Assembly: GCA_965215045.1 (NCBI GenBank)
Contig: OZ244031.1
Coordinates: 1,660,502 to 1,724,501, forward strand
Source of the DNA: Gammaproteobacteria bacterium
GTDB lineage: Bacteria > Pseudomonadota > Gammaproteobacteria > JABABF01
DNA: 64,000 nt
Direction of reading: 5' to 3'
The stretch's first letter is position 1. Each line of letters starts with the position of its first letter. Shown here in pieces: positions 51,609 to 60,607 of this stretch. The translations under genes were made by a program, and so were the position numbers. The notes under the pieces are model-generated. The model made no database searches. It saw nothing but the letters and a program-made list of their open reading frames with translations, and was not told the origin of the DNA.

Positions 51609-52924
51609 CAGCGAATTTCCACCAGGGCCTCATCGCGAATCTTGTCGAGCCAGTTGCGAAGTTCCTCCCGGTAGCGCCGCAGGTAAAGACTGCGGTGGGC
51701 CTGTTCGCGAATTCTTTCTTCGGCGATGTTCTTGCGGCGCTGGCCCGAGACCTGCAGGATGTGCCAGCCGTAGGGGCTGGCGAACACCGGGCTCACCGCG
51801 TCGAGCTGCGCGTTTTGCATCACCTCCTCGAAGGCCGGCGTCATCTCCCCGGGGGAGACCCAGCCCAGCGAGCCGCCCTCGTCCGCCGAACCCGGGTCTT
51901 CGGAGTAATTGCCGGCCATGATGCCGAAATCCTCGCCGTCCAGGATGCGCTGGCGGATTTCCTCGAGCCGGGCGCGGCTGCGCTTGCCGTGCTCCTGGTC
52001 CCGGATCAGGATATGCCGCACCTTGTGCTGTTGCACGAACTGCTCCGTCCCGCCGCGTCGTCCCGCCAGGTAGCCGACGTGCAGACCGCTGTCATTGCTG
52101 AGCACGGGCGTCATCTCCCCCGGCTGCAGGTCCGGGAGCACGTTTTCAAACAGGGTGGGCGTCTCTTGGGGCAGGCGCCAACCCAAGTCGCCGCCCTGCA
52201 GTCCGCAGTCTTCTTTTGCCGAGACCAGGCGCGCGAAATCCGCTGCCGTCTGTGCCTGCGCCCGGAGTTCTTCCAGGCAGCGTCGGGCGCGCTTTTTGTC
52301 TGTCTCGCTGGCATCGCTTTCCAGCGGTGCCATGGCGTTGAGCAGGCGGTAGTGAGCCCGGTACAGGGCGGTGCCTTCCCGGGATTTCAGAAACCGGTCG
52401 ATCTCGCGCTCCTCGATGCGCACCTTGCGGTGGACATTCCCGCGCTGCACCCGCTCGATGAGCAGCTCCCGGCGCAATTGTGCGCGGTACTCCTGGTACG
52501 TACCCGTGCGGATCATCTCCTGGCGCCACGCTTCCGGGTCCCGGTCCCTCTCCTCCGCCATGGATTCCATGGCGCGGTCCAGTTCCTGGTCACTGATGTC
52601 CACGCCGACACGCTTGCCGATCTGCAATTGCAGGCTTTCGACAATGATGCGCTCCAGCACTTCGCGTTCCAGGGCCGAGCGCGCGGGCACGGGGCGCTCC
52701 TGCTGTTTCAGGGCTTCTTGCACCTGCAGCAGACGCTGGTTGAACTCGCTGTAGAGAACGGCGTCATCACCGACCAGTGCCAGCACCCGGTCCAGGTAGA
52801 CCTCCTCCTGGGCCCGGGCCTGGACGGTGCCCATCGCCGGCAGTGCCAACAGCAGCCACGCCAGGGCTATGGCACCTCGTTGCGCCACACCGCCCCCCGT
52901 TCTTTCTTGTCGCTGCACTCTCAT
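51605..52924 (-). CDS. surA: Periplasmic chaperone / PPIase SurA
   Basis: Signal peptide, DR-x-x-A-x-V N-domain and two parvulin domains (GGDLGW, GGSLGW); operon context. Confidence 0.92.
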   Translation of the reverse strand: MRVQRQERTGGGVAQRGAIALAWLLLALPAMGTVQARAQEEVYLDRVLALVGDDAVLYSEFNQRLLQVQEALKQQERPVPARSALEREVLERIIVESLQLQIGKRVGVDISDQELDRAMESMAEERDRDPEAWRQEMIRTGTYQEYRAQLRRELLIERVQRGNVHRKVRIEEREIDRFLKSREGTALYRAHYRLLNAMAPLESDASETDKKRARRCLEELRAQAQTAADFARLVSAKEDCGLQGGDLGWRLPQETPTLFENVLPDLQPGEMTPVLSNDSGLHVGYLAGRRGGTEQFVQQHKVRHILIRDQEHGKRSRARLEEIRQRILDGEDFGIMAGNYSEDPGSADEGGSLGWVSPGEMTPAFEEVMQNAQLDAVSPVFASPYGWHILQVSGQRRKNIAEERIREQAHRSLYLRRYREELRNWLDKIRDEALVEIRW

Positions 52925-52935
52925 TTCAATCTGCT

Positions 52936-55107
52936 CTAAAAGGCACCAAACCCATGCAGGGAAAACTCAAATGATACGCTGTTGTCCCACAGCCCTGCAT
53001 CTTCCAGCGTGCGATTCCATCGCAATCCCACTGTCCAGCAACAACCGGAAAAACGAAAACCGCCCTCGGCGAGGATATCCTGCTCGCGTTCTATATCATA
53101 ATCCCAGTTGCCAAAAAATCGCCAATTCCCGCGCGGGAAGTCCAGGCGCAGCTGCGCCTGTTCCAGGGCCTCCCCGCTCCCGGGATGGAAGCGGTCATAG
53201 CGGTGCACCAAGCGCAGCAGGGAGTGCTCATCGGCATCTTCATAGCGCAGTTCCCACAGCCCGGCATCCATACGTCCCCGGCGCGTATCGACAATGGTTT
53301 CCCCGCGCCACAGCCAGTGCGCGGACGGATGCCAGCGCCACCGGGCGGCGAGCGGTGAATGCGAGAGCGTCGGGTCGCGCGGTGCCCCGTCCAGGAACAC
53401 CTCGCGATCTGCAAAATAAAAGATTTGTCCCAACTGCAGGCCCAGCAGTTCGCGCCCCGAACGTTCATCGAGGATCCGGCTTTGCAGGACCAGGCTCAAG
53501 CGGTTGTCGTCGGCGATGCGGTCGCGCCCGCTGAAGCGCGATTCCCGGAACAGCTGTTGCGGGGTGAATTCCCGCACCCCGCTTTGAAAGACCGGCAGGG
53601 CCTCCTGTTTGGCGGCTCGTTCGCGGGTGTAGAAATACAAGAGTTGCGGTTCCAGGGTCTGGCGCAGGGAGCGTCCGGCGGGGCCAATGCTGCGTTGCCA
53701 GCCCAGGGCGGCGGAGAAACCGGCGGACAGGGCGGTGATGCCCTGCTTGGCGGCATGTTGCGGGGAGTGCTCCAGGAACCGGAGCTTGGCCCAGGGTCTG
53801 AAGTGCCCGCCACGCCAGCGCATCGGCCAGGCGATGCCCGCCTCCGCATAAAGACGCGAGCCGTCGCTGAGGGTGGCGGTGCTGGCCTGGAAATCACTGT
53901 ATTCCGCCTGCAGCAGGTATTCCGGCTGGAACGAGCCGCGGTCGCTGCGATAGCGCAACAGCGCGGTCGGTTGCTGCCGGTAGAAAGCGTCCGTTGCACT
54001 GCCGCGCAGTGCCTGGTAGTCGATACTCTCCAGGCGTAACAGCCAGTTGCGATTGGCGTATTGCAGTGCGCCGCGCTGCTCCAGGTAGGGGGGGCGCGGG
54101 AACTCAAAATCGTACAGGTAATTGGCGTCACTGCTCTTGGCGTAGCGCACGAAGCCATCCCAGTGCCGGCTGCCATGTTCTTCCAATTGGAAGCGATACA
54201 ACCAGCGCCTGGCATCCGCGGCGCTGCGGTCCTCCTCCAGGTGTGCGGCTTGTATCTGGCCGCGCAACTGCGGCAGCAGCCAGCGGAATTCCCCCTGCAG
54301 CATTGTGCCCCGGTCTTCGATGTAGCGCGGCGTGATGAGGGCGTCGTAGTTCGGTGCCAGGTTCAGGTACAGCGGCTGGCTCCAATCGATACCGTCACTG
54401 CGGGAATACGCGATATTGGGCTGCAACAGGCCGCTGTGGCGCGTCTCGCCGACCGGGAACCCGAACCATGGCAGGTACAGCACCGGTACCCGGCCCATGC
54501 GCAGTTGCAGATTGCGGGCCGTGAGATAGTCGGTCTCGCCGTCGATGCGCATTTCAGCGGCGCGGATGTGCCACCACTCCCGCTGTGGCGGACAACTGGA
54601 CCAGGTGGCGTCCTCGAGTTGCAGGGTGCTGCCGTTCTTGTGCAGGGATGCGGCGCGTCCCTGGGAAGGCGTCTCAAAGAGCGTGTAGCGCAGTGTTTCC
54701 AGGACGCCGTCCCCGCTGTCGATACGCAAGCGGGCCTCCCGGCCCTCCACCAGGGCGCCGGCTTCGAGCAAACGCACCTCTCCAGATAACTGCGCCTCAT
54801 CGCCCCCGGGGGCGATGTGCACCTGTTCCGCCTCCAACTGGCGCCGCCCCTGCCGGATGCGCACCCCGCCCTCCAGGTGCACGCTGCCGTCCGCCTCCTG
54901 GCGGGTGTGCCGGGCGTCGATCTCCTTGCGCTCATACCCCGGGCCTTCGCGCAACCCTGGAAAGGGATGCCGGAAAGCACCGCAGCAGGGCACCTCCGGT
55001 GCACAGACGCCCGGCGGTTCCGCCCATGCCGCCAGGCTCTGCAGGCACAAGTGCGCAAGCAGGGCCGGCAGCAGGTATGGGCGCAAACGCAAAGAGAAAA
55101 TCTGCAT
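52936..55107 (-). CDS. lptD: LPS-assembly protein LptD
   Basis: SSCPP...W-x-I-x-A, R-x-SG-x-L-x-P, Y-x-NLAPNYD, FSG-x-DRI-x-D and CCW. Start inferred at 55107. Confidence 0.93.
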   Translation of the reverse strand: MQIFSLRLRPYLLPALLAHLCLQSLAAWAEPPGVCAPEVPCCGAFRHPFPGLREGPGYERKEIDARHTRQEADGSVHLEGGVRIRQGRRQLEAEQVHIAPGGDEAQLSGEVRLLEAGALVEGREARLRIDSGDGVLETLRYTLFETPSQGRAASLHKNGSTLQLEDATWSSCPPQREWWHIRAAEMRIDGETDYLTARNLQLRMGRVPVLYLPWFGFPVGETRHSGLLQPNIAYSRSDGIDWSQPLYLNLAPNYDALITPRYIEDRGTMLQGEFRWLLPQLRGQIQAAHLEEDRSAADARRWLYRFQLEEHGSRHWDGFVRYAKSSDANYLYDFEFPRPPYLEQRGALQYANRNWLLRLESIDYQALRGSATDAFYRQQPTALLRYRSDRGSFQPEYLLQAEYSDFQASTATLSDGSRLYAEAGIAWPMRWRGGHFRPWAKLRFLEHSPQHAAKQGITALSAGFSAALGWQRSIGPAGRSLRQTLEPQLLYFYTRERAAKQEALPVFQSGVREFTPQQLFRESRFSGRDRIADDNRLSLVLQSRILDERSGRELLGLQLGQIFYFADREVFLDGAPRDPTLSHSPLAARWRWHPSAHWLWRGETIVDTRRGRMDAGLWELRYEDADEHSLLRLVHRYDRFHPGSGEALEQAQLRLDFPRGNWRFFGNWDYDIEREQDILAEGGFRFSGCCWTVGLRWNRTLEDAGLWDNSVSFEFSLHGFGAF

Positions 55108-55393
55108 CGACCCGCGAGTAAAAGCGGATATTATGCACGCCCGCAGTGTTCTTGAGAGTTTCGTGCCGCCAAAGATTTCCAGTGAGACTGCGTCCTGTGC
55201 ACCGCGCATACACAGCTGCGCGTGCTGAATGAGCGAGCGCGGAAACCGGCGGGCACCGGGAGCAGGGGTTTTATCCCGGGTGCCCAAACCCGTGTGAGGC
55301 GGCCTGCACAATATTCTGTATTTTCCCCTGTAATTAATGTATTATCGGCGTTGTGCCTTGCACAATCTATTCATCGCCAATAGGGGGAACATC

Positions 55394-55816
55394 ATGTCAG
55401 AGCTCGCCATTTTGAAACCGGTTCTGGTACTGATCACGCTGACCGCCATCGTCTGGCTGGTTATGCTGGTGACGCGCACCAGGCAATTCAGCCAGCCCGA
55501 GTTCCGAGAGATCAATGCCGACACCCGGGAGAAGGTGGCCAAGGCACTCACCGGCCGGGCGGAGTTGAGTTCCAATAACTTCAACAACCTGTTCGAATTG
55601 CCGGTGCTGTTTTATGCGCTGGTTTTCGTCATCCTGCACCTGGCCCTGATCGACAACCTGCACGTGTTGATGGCATGGGTGTTCGTGATTTTCCGCATCC
55701 TGCACAGCCTGGTGCACTGCACGTACAACAACGTGATGCACCGGTTCCTGCTGTGGTTGATCTCCACCCTGGCCTTGTTGGTTATGCTGGTGCGCGTTCT
55801 GCTCGAGGTGTTCTGA
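55394..55816 (+). CDS. MAPEG-family membrane protein
   Basis: Four TM helices, NNF-x-NLFELPVLFY and R-x-x-HS-x-VH. GGGGG RBS upstream. Confidence 0.85.
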   Translation: MSELAILKPVLVLITLTAIVWLVMLVTRTRQFSQPEFREINADTREKVAKALTGRAELSSNNFNNLFELPVLFYALVFVILHLALIDNLHVLMAWVFVIFRILHSLVHCTYNNVMHRFLLWLISTLALLVMLVRVLLEVF

Positions 55817-56825
55817 CAGCACTTTCTCCCGCGGACAGGGAGAACAGCTTGCCGCGCACGCGCCGGCGGTAATTGCGCGGCGTATCGCCCAGGCAGCGTC
55901 GAAACAGCATCGAAAAGTGCGCCGCATCCGGGTACCCGCAACGGGCCGCAACTTCCGCGATGCTGAGATTGCTGGTGCGCAGCAGATCCTGCGCCCGTTT
56001 CATGCGCTGCGTCCTGAGCCAACGCCCCGGGCTCTCACCGACGGCACCCCGGAAACGGCGCAGCAGGGTGCGTGGATGCAAGTTGAAGCGCACCGCCAGT
56101 GCCCCCAGGTTCTGCGCTTGCTCCAGGTGTTGTTGCATCCATTCCTGCACCCGGATAATCTCTTCGTCATCATGCGTGCGGCCCTCGCCGTGCAAGTAGG
56201 CATGCTCGGCAAAAGGGCGGCGGATCTCCGGTGAAAAATGCCCTTCCACGTAGCGGCTGGTCGCCGGGCCGTAGAGCTTGCCGACCAGGTGGACTGCCAG
56301 GTCGGCAATTGAATTGACGCTGCCGGCACAGTAAATATTCCCCGACTGGGTGATCAGGTGTCGTTCCTGGAGCAACACCCGGGGGTAGCGCCGGGCGAAT
56401 TCCTTCTGGCAGTGCCAGTGCGTGCTGGCGGGGCGTTCATCCAGCAGACCGCTTTCGGCGAGCAGGAAACTGCCGTTACCGGCGGCGCACAGTGCACCGC
56501 CCGCCCGATGCAGGGCGCGTAGCAGCGGCACAAGTTGTCGCAGCTGAGGGTGCAGGATGCGGTGGGGATTGCGCCACAGCGAGGGGATGAACAGGACTTC
56601 TGGCTGGCCCAGGTCGGCAAAACTGCCGTCGGGGGTGAGATTCAAGCCGCCGATAGCAGACACCGGCCGGCCAGCGGGTGAGAGCAAACGGATGCAGAGC
56701 GGCGGGCGTTCCCGGAAGTGCCCGCGGGCGCGGCTGAAATCATCCGCCGCCTGAAAAATCTCCACTGGCAGGCCGATGCTGGAGCCGATCATGCCGGGAA
56801 AACCCAGCAGTGCGATCTCTGTCAT
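55782..56825 (-). CDS. GlxA-family transcriptional regulator (GATase1/DJ-1-like domain plus AraC HTH)
   Basis: LAESGLLD...STHW in the sensor domain; C-terminal RTL-x-RRF...A-x-x-CGY-x-D-x-x-x-F-x-x-x-FRR-x-x-G-x-TP-x-x-YR. Confidence 0.9.
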   Translation of the reverse strand: MTEIALLGFPGMIGSSIGLPVEIFQAADDFSRARGHFRERPPLCIRLLSPAGRPVSAIGGLNLTPDGSFADLGQPEVLFIPSLWRNPHRILHPQLRQLVPLLRALHRAGGALCAAGNGSFLLAESGLLDERPASTHWHCQKEFARRYPRVLLQERHLITQSGNIYCAGSVNSIADLAVHLVGKLYGPATSRYVEGHFSPEIRRPFAEHAYLHGEGRTHDDEEIIRVQEWMQQHLEQAQNLGALAVRFNLHPRTLLRRFRGAVGESPGRWLRTQRMKRAQDLLRTSNLSIAEVAARCGYPDAAHFSMLFRRCLGDTPRNYRRRVRGKLFSLSAGESAVRTPRAERAPA

Positions 56826-56858
56826 GTCTTTTAATGCATGGAAGCTGTCTTTAATATT
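56825..56858. promoter_or_regulatory. Tandem operator pair 1 (21-bp period) over the regulator start
   Basis: TGTCTTTTAAT at 56825 and TGTCTTTAATA at 56846. Confidence 0.6.
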
Positions 56859-57022
56859 ATATTACCGGGCCTGGGCATCGCTGCCACACCCCCCGCTACC
56901 CCGTCACGCCGCTACCCCGTCATACCGCCGCTGCCGCCCCTCGCTACCTCTGCCACCCCTCGCCGCCGCCCCTCGCCGCTGCTGCCACCCGCCACACCCT
57001 GTGGCGTCTTTGTCTGTGAGGC

Positions 57023-57086
57023 TGTCTTTTATACAATAAAAAATGTCTCTAATATCGTATTATTGGGGCTGCAGAAAGGCTACACT
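57023..57086 (+). promoter_or_regulatory. Tandem operator pair 2 (21-bp period) and -10 box of the synthase gene
   Basis: TGTCTTTTATA at 57023, TGTCTCTAATA at 57044 and TACACT at 57081. Confidence 0.6.
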
Positions 57087-57105
57087 GCAATAGGGGAAGC
57101 CAAAT

Positions 57106-58980
57106 ATGTCACGTCTGCCGGTCATCACCAGTTTCGGCGGCATCAACGCCGCCGGGCGCGCCTCGGCGCACCATGCCTATCGCCGCATGGTGATCGACGC
57201 ACTGCCCGGGGAGCGGGCTGCCGAGACCTGGCAGGCACTGGCAGCACTGATGGGGCCGGAACTTCCGGGTGCCACGGAAGAGGAGCGGTGCGAATACATG
57301 CGCCGTCACACCCTGGTGCGCCGCATCGAACCGGAGTTGTTTGACACGCAGGAGGTGCCCTGCAATTTTTCCGTGGCCCCCGGGGAGGACCCGGCCCCCC
57401 TGGTGCTGGAGACCTCGGAGCGCAAGTTGCCGCAGAAGCTGCCGCCACACTGGCGGGTGGAGAAGCTGGACGGAGACCGGGTGCGCTTGGTGCTGCAGGA
57501 GCGGGATAAGGCGCAACTGCTGTTGGCGGGTGCCTTCCCCTGTGCGGTGAGCACGGCGGGGCAACTGCCGCGGGGTTTTGCCCCCGGTGCCCTCTATCCT
57601 TCGCGCGCTCATCCGCGCGGCCTGGAGATGGCGGTATATGCCGCCTCGGATGCCCTGGACTTCCTGGGCATCGACTGGGAGCGCATCCGCGCCCGGGTGC
57701 CGCCCCATGAAATCAGCGTCTATGCGGGCAGTGCGATGTCGCAACTGGATGCGCGCGGCTACGGCGGCATGTTGCAGGCGCGCCTGGGCGGGGGGCGGCC
57801 GAGTGCCCGGCACTGTCCTTTTGGCTTTGCCGAGATGCCGGCGGATTTCATCAACGCCTACCTGCTGGGCAACCTGGGCAATGCCGGGGCGGTGCTGGGT
57901 GCCTGCGCTTCCTTCCTCTACAACTTGCGCCTGGCCGTGATGGACATCCAGTCGGGACGCGCCCGGGTTGTCCTGGTCGGTGCCAGCGAGGCACCGGTGA
58001 CGCCGGAGATTATCGAAGGCTACGCGGTGATGGGCGCGCTGGCCAGTGACGATGACTTGCGTGAACTCGATGGTCTGGCCGCCGACGAGGAGCCGGATTA
58101 TGCGCGCGCCTGCCGTCCCTTTGCCGAGAACCGCGGCTTCACCATCGCCGAGTCGGCGCAGTTCGCAGTGCTCATGGATGACGCCCTGGCCCTGGAAATG
58201 GGTGCCAGGATCCACGGGGCGGTGGCCGAGGTCTGTATCAATGCCGACGGCTACAAGAAATCGATTTCCGCCCCGGGAGTGGGCAATTACCTGAGCTGCT
58301 GCCGGGCACTGGCCTGCGGGCGTGCGATCCTGGGCGAGGACGCGCTGCGCCACAGGAGTTTTGTCCTGGCACACGGCACCGGCACCCCGCAAAACCGGGT
58401 GACGGAGTCGCGCGTGCTGGACTATGCGGCGGAGCAGTTCGGCATCCGGAACTGGCCGGTAGCTGCGATCAAGTGCTTTGTCGGTCATTCGATCGGCGCG
58501 GCGGCGGGCGACCAGCTGGCGGTCGCCCTGGGAGTCTGGGCACACGGCATTCTGCCGGGTATTTGCACCATCGATGCACTGGCTGCCGATGTTTCGCACA
58601 AGCATCTGCAGATCAGCCCACAGCACTTGGAATTGGAAGCGGGGCAACTGGATTGCGCGCTGATCAACGCCAAGGGCTTCGGCGGCAACAATGCCAGTGC
58701 CCTGCTGCTGGCCCCGCAGGCGACTCGGCGCATGCTGGAGACCCGGCACGGAAAGAAAGCCTTGCGGGACTGGCGGAAGAGGGAGGAGCAGGCACAGGAG
58801 CAAGGCCGCGTATACGATGCTGCCGCCTGCCGGGGAGAGACCCGGCCCCGCTATCTCTGTGATGATCAGTACGTGCGGGGCGAGACGGACCTGCAATCCG
58901 GTGCCGGGAAAATCCGTTTTGCCGACGGTGCCCCGGCACTGGACTTGGATGTGCAGAACCCGTATCCCGACATGTGCTGA
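57106..58980 (+). CDS. FabY-like beta-ketoacyl-ACP synthase
   Basis: 624 aa. LPVI-x-x-FGG-x-NAAGR-x-S-x-HH-x-YRR N-terminus, GACASF (Cys), AHGTGTPQNR (His), GHS and N-x-KGFGGNNA. Confidence 0.85.
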   Translation: MSRLPVITSFGGINAAGRASAHHAYRRMVIDALPGERAAETWQALAALMGPELPGATEEERCEYMRRHTLVRRIEPELFDTQEVPCNFSVAPGEDPAPLVLETSERKLPQKLPPHWRVEKLDGDRVRLVLQERDKAQLLLAGAFPCAVSTAGQLPRGFAPGALYPSRAHPRGLEMAVYAASDALDFLGIDWERIRARVPPHEISVYAGSAMSQLDARGYGGMLQARLGGGRPSARHCPFGFAEMPADFINAYLLGNLGNAGAVLGACASFLYNLRLAVMDIQSGRARVVLVGASEAPVTPEIIEGYAVMGALASDDDLRELDGLAADEEPDYARACRPFAENRGFTIAESAQFAVLMDDALALEMGARIHGAVAEVCINADGYKKSISAPGVGNYLSCCRALACGRAILGEDALRHRSFVLAHGTGTPQNRVTESRVLDYAAEQFGIRNWPVAAIKCFVGHSIGAAAGDQLAVALGVWAHGILPGICTIDALAADVSHKHLQISPQHLELEAGQLDCALINAKGFGGNNASALLLAPQATRRMLETRHGKKALRDWRKREEQAQEQGRVYDAAACRGETRPRYLCDDQYVRGETDLQSGAGKIRFADGAPALDLDVQNPYPDMC

Positions 58981-59059
58981 AGCGGTGCGGACCGCCGTCG
59001 TAGCCCGCGACTTTCTTCATACGGGCGGGGAGTTGCGGTCGGGCCGGCTAAAAGGACTT

Positions 59060-59095
59060 AAAAAACCCCGGCCTCCGATCTATCGAATGCCGGGG
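59060..59095 (-). terminator. Rho-independent terminator of the porin gene
   Basis: Minus strand reads CCCCGGC...GCCGGGG followed by T6. Confidence 0.75.
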
Positions 59096-59143
59096 GAGGG
59101 CCAAGGGAGGGGGGGGGAGAACGTAAGAGGGCCAAGGGAGGGG
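59096..59143. repeat. 17-bp G-rich direct repeat, 2 copies
   Basis: GAGGGCCAAGGGAGGGG at 59096-59112 and 59127-59143. Confidence 0.85.
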
Positions 59144-59156
59144 TAAGGAAAGAAAA

Positions 59157-60452
59157 TCAGAAGCGGTATTGCAGGCGGGCGATCATGGCATCGCCATCGT
59201 CGTCCAGGGCGTCCCTGGCATCGGCTTCGCCACTGACGAGGTTCAAGGCGGCCCGCACCTGGGAGTTGACATACCAGTTGAGACCGATGGTGGTCAGTTG
59301 GGTATCGTCAAAGCCTGAGAGATTCCTGTTATCCGTATCGCCCATGTCGATGTCGGAATAGCGCAGGAACACCTCCCAGGCACCGCCTGGCCCCTTGGGT
59401 TTGATGGCGCCGAAGACGCCGTTTTTACCCTTGTAGGGGCGCGTCTCTCCGGTCAGCACCCAGGCGACCTGGGCGGAATAGCCGTCGATGTCGATGCCGG
59501 TGTCAGTCGGCACACTACCCATCCAGCCGGTGTCGACGGCACCCCCGTCAAAAGTCATATCGTGGTACTCGAACTGGTAGAACAGCGGCCCCATGGTGCC
59601 GGCGATTTCCAGGGCCAGGCCGTCGTAGCTATCGTAGGCGACCGGCGGTGAGGCGAATTTTTCGGCTCCCCCCTTGACCTCGGGAGTGAAGTCGATCTCA
59701 GCCCCGCTAAAGGTAGAGTGTGTTGCGGTATTGGCACCGCCGACGGCTACGCCATCTGCCACATCACTATCCACCCAGGCGATCCCCAGGTGCACAACCA
59801 TATCGGGGGTGCGGATCGGCGTGAAGGTATAACGCGCGCCGAAGGTCCATTCGATATTATCGTTGTCGTCCGAGCCTCCTTTGAACAAGCCGGCCTTGTA
59901 CTGATAGTAGTCGTTGTACCCGGACAGGGTGATGCCGTTCAGACGACTCGGGGCAAAGGCCTGGCTGATGGCGTTGCGTTCGATGGCGAGGGTATCCTTG
60001 GAACTCGTCAGTTCGTCCATGCCGAAGGGCACTTTGAGTTTGCCCATGCTCAGCTTTGCCATTTTCCCGAAACCGGTATAGTCGAAATAGACGTCAGTGG
60101 TTTTGCCGCTGCCCTGGAAGTCGTACTCGAACTTGTATTTCCACTCGGGTGCCACCTGGCCGGAGAGGTTGATACGCACGCGCCGGAAGTCCAAGTCAGA
60201 ACCGGAGGCCCCGTCATCTGCGCGATTGAAAATGCCATCGTAGTCCGTGTAGTCCAGCTGCAGGGAGCCACCGACTTTAAAGGAATATTTCTTGTCGGCG
60301 GTTCTGATCTCCAACCCGCCCTTGGTCTTGATCACCAGGTCGGGGCCGTCGCTGGTAACAGAACCCGCATGTCCCGCAACGGGGACCAGGCAGGCAATAC
60401 CCAGTGCCGCCAGGTAGTACAGGCCGGGAAATCGGGAACGGGGGAATTGCAT
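59157..60452 (-). CDS. OprO/OprP-family phosphate-selective porin
   Basis: Signal peptide, TKGGL, RR-x-R, G-x-x-K-x-PFG-x-x-ELTSS, LTGE-x-R-x-Y, T-x-GLNWY and C-terminal RLQYRF. Confidence 0.9.
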   Translation of the reverse strand: MQFPRSRFPGLYYLAALGIACLVPVAGHAGSVTSDGPDLVIKTKGGLEIRTADKKYSFKVGGSLQLDYTDYDGIFNRADDGASGSDLDFRRVRINLSGQVAPEWKYKFEYDFQGSGKTTDVYFDYTGFGKMAKLSMGKLKVPFGMDELTSSKDTLAIERNAISQAFAPSRLNGITLSGYNDYYQYKAGLFKGGSDDNDNIEWTFGARYTFTPIRTPDMVVHLGIAWVDSDVADGVAVGGANTATHSTFSGAEIDFTPEVKGGAEKFASPPVAYDSYDGLALEIAGTMGPLFYQFEYHDMTFDGGAVDTGWMGSVPTDTGIDIDGYSAQVAWVLTGETRPYKGKNGVFGAIKPKGPGGAWEVFLRYSDIDMGDTDNRNLSGFDDTQLTTIGLNWYVNSQVRAALNLVSGEADARDALDDDGDAMIARLQYRF

Positions 60453-60483
60453 AGTCGCGGCTCCGTGGAAACAATACTGGCGT

Positions 60484-60517
60484 ATTATCAGAATGCCGTA
60501 TTACAGGGCTGTGACAA
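60484..60517 (-). promoter_or_regulatory. Pho box and -10 element upstream of the porin
   Basis: Minus strand reads TTGTCAC-AGCC-CTGTAAT (11-bp period), a 10-bp spacer, then GATAAT. Confidence 0.7.
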
Positions 60518-60607
60518 GCTTCAGGCCCGGTATCGGTACCCCGGTAACGCAACCGGACAGCGAAGACTGCCATAATAGAAGCCTTTCCCGGACGATGATT
60601 TCTGCGG

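Noticed and set aside
55150-55182. Possible sigmaE promoter upstream of lptD (GGAAAT...TCTCA, minus strand)
   Set aside because: The match to consensus is too weak to support by eye.
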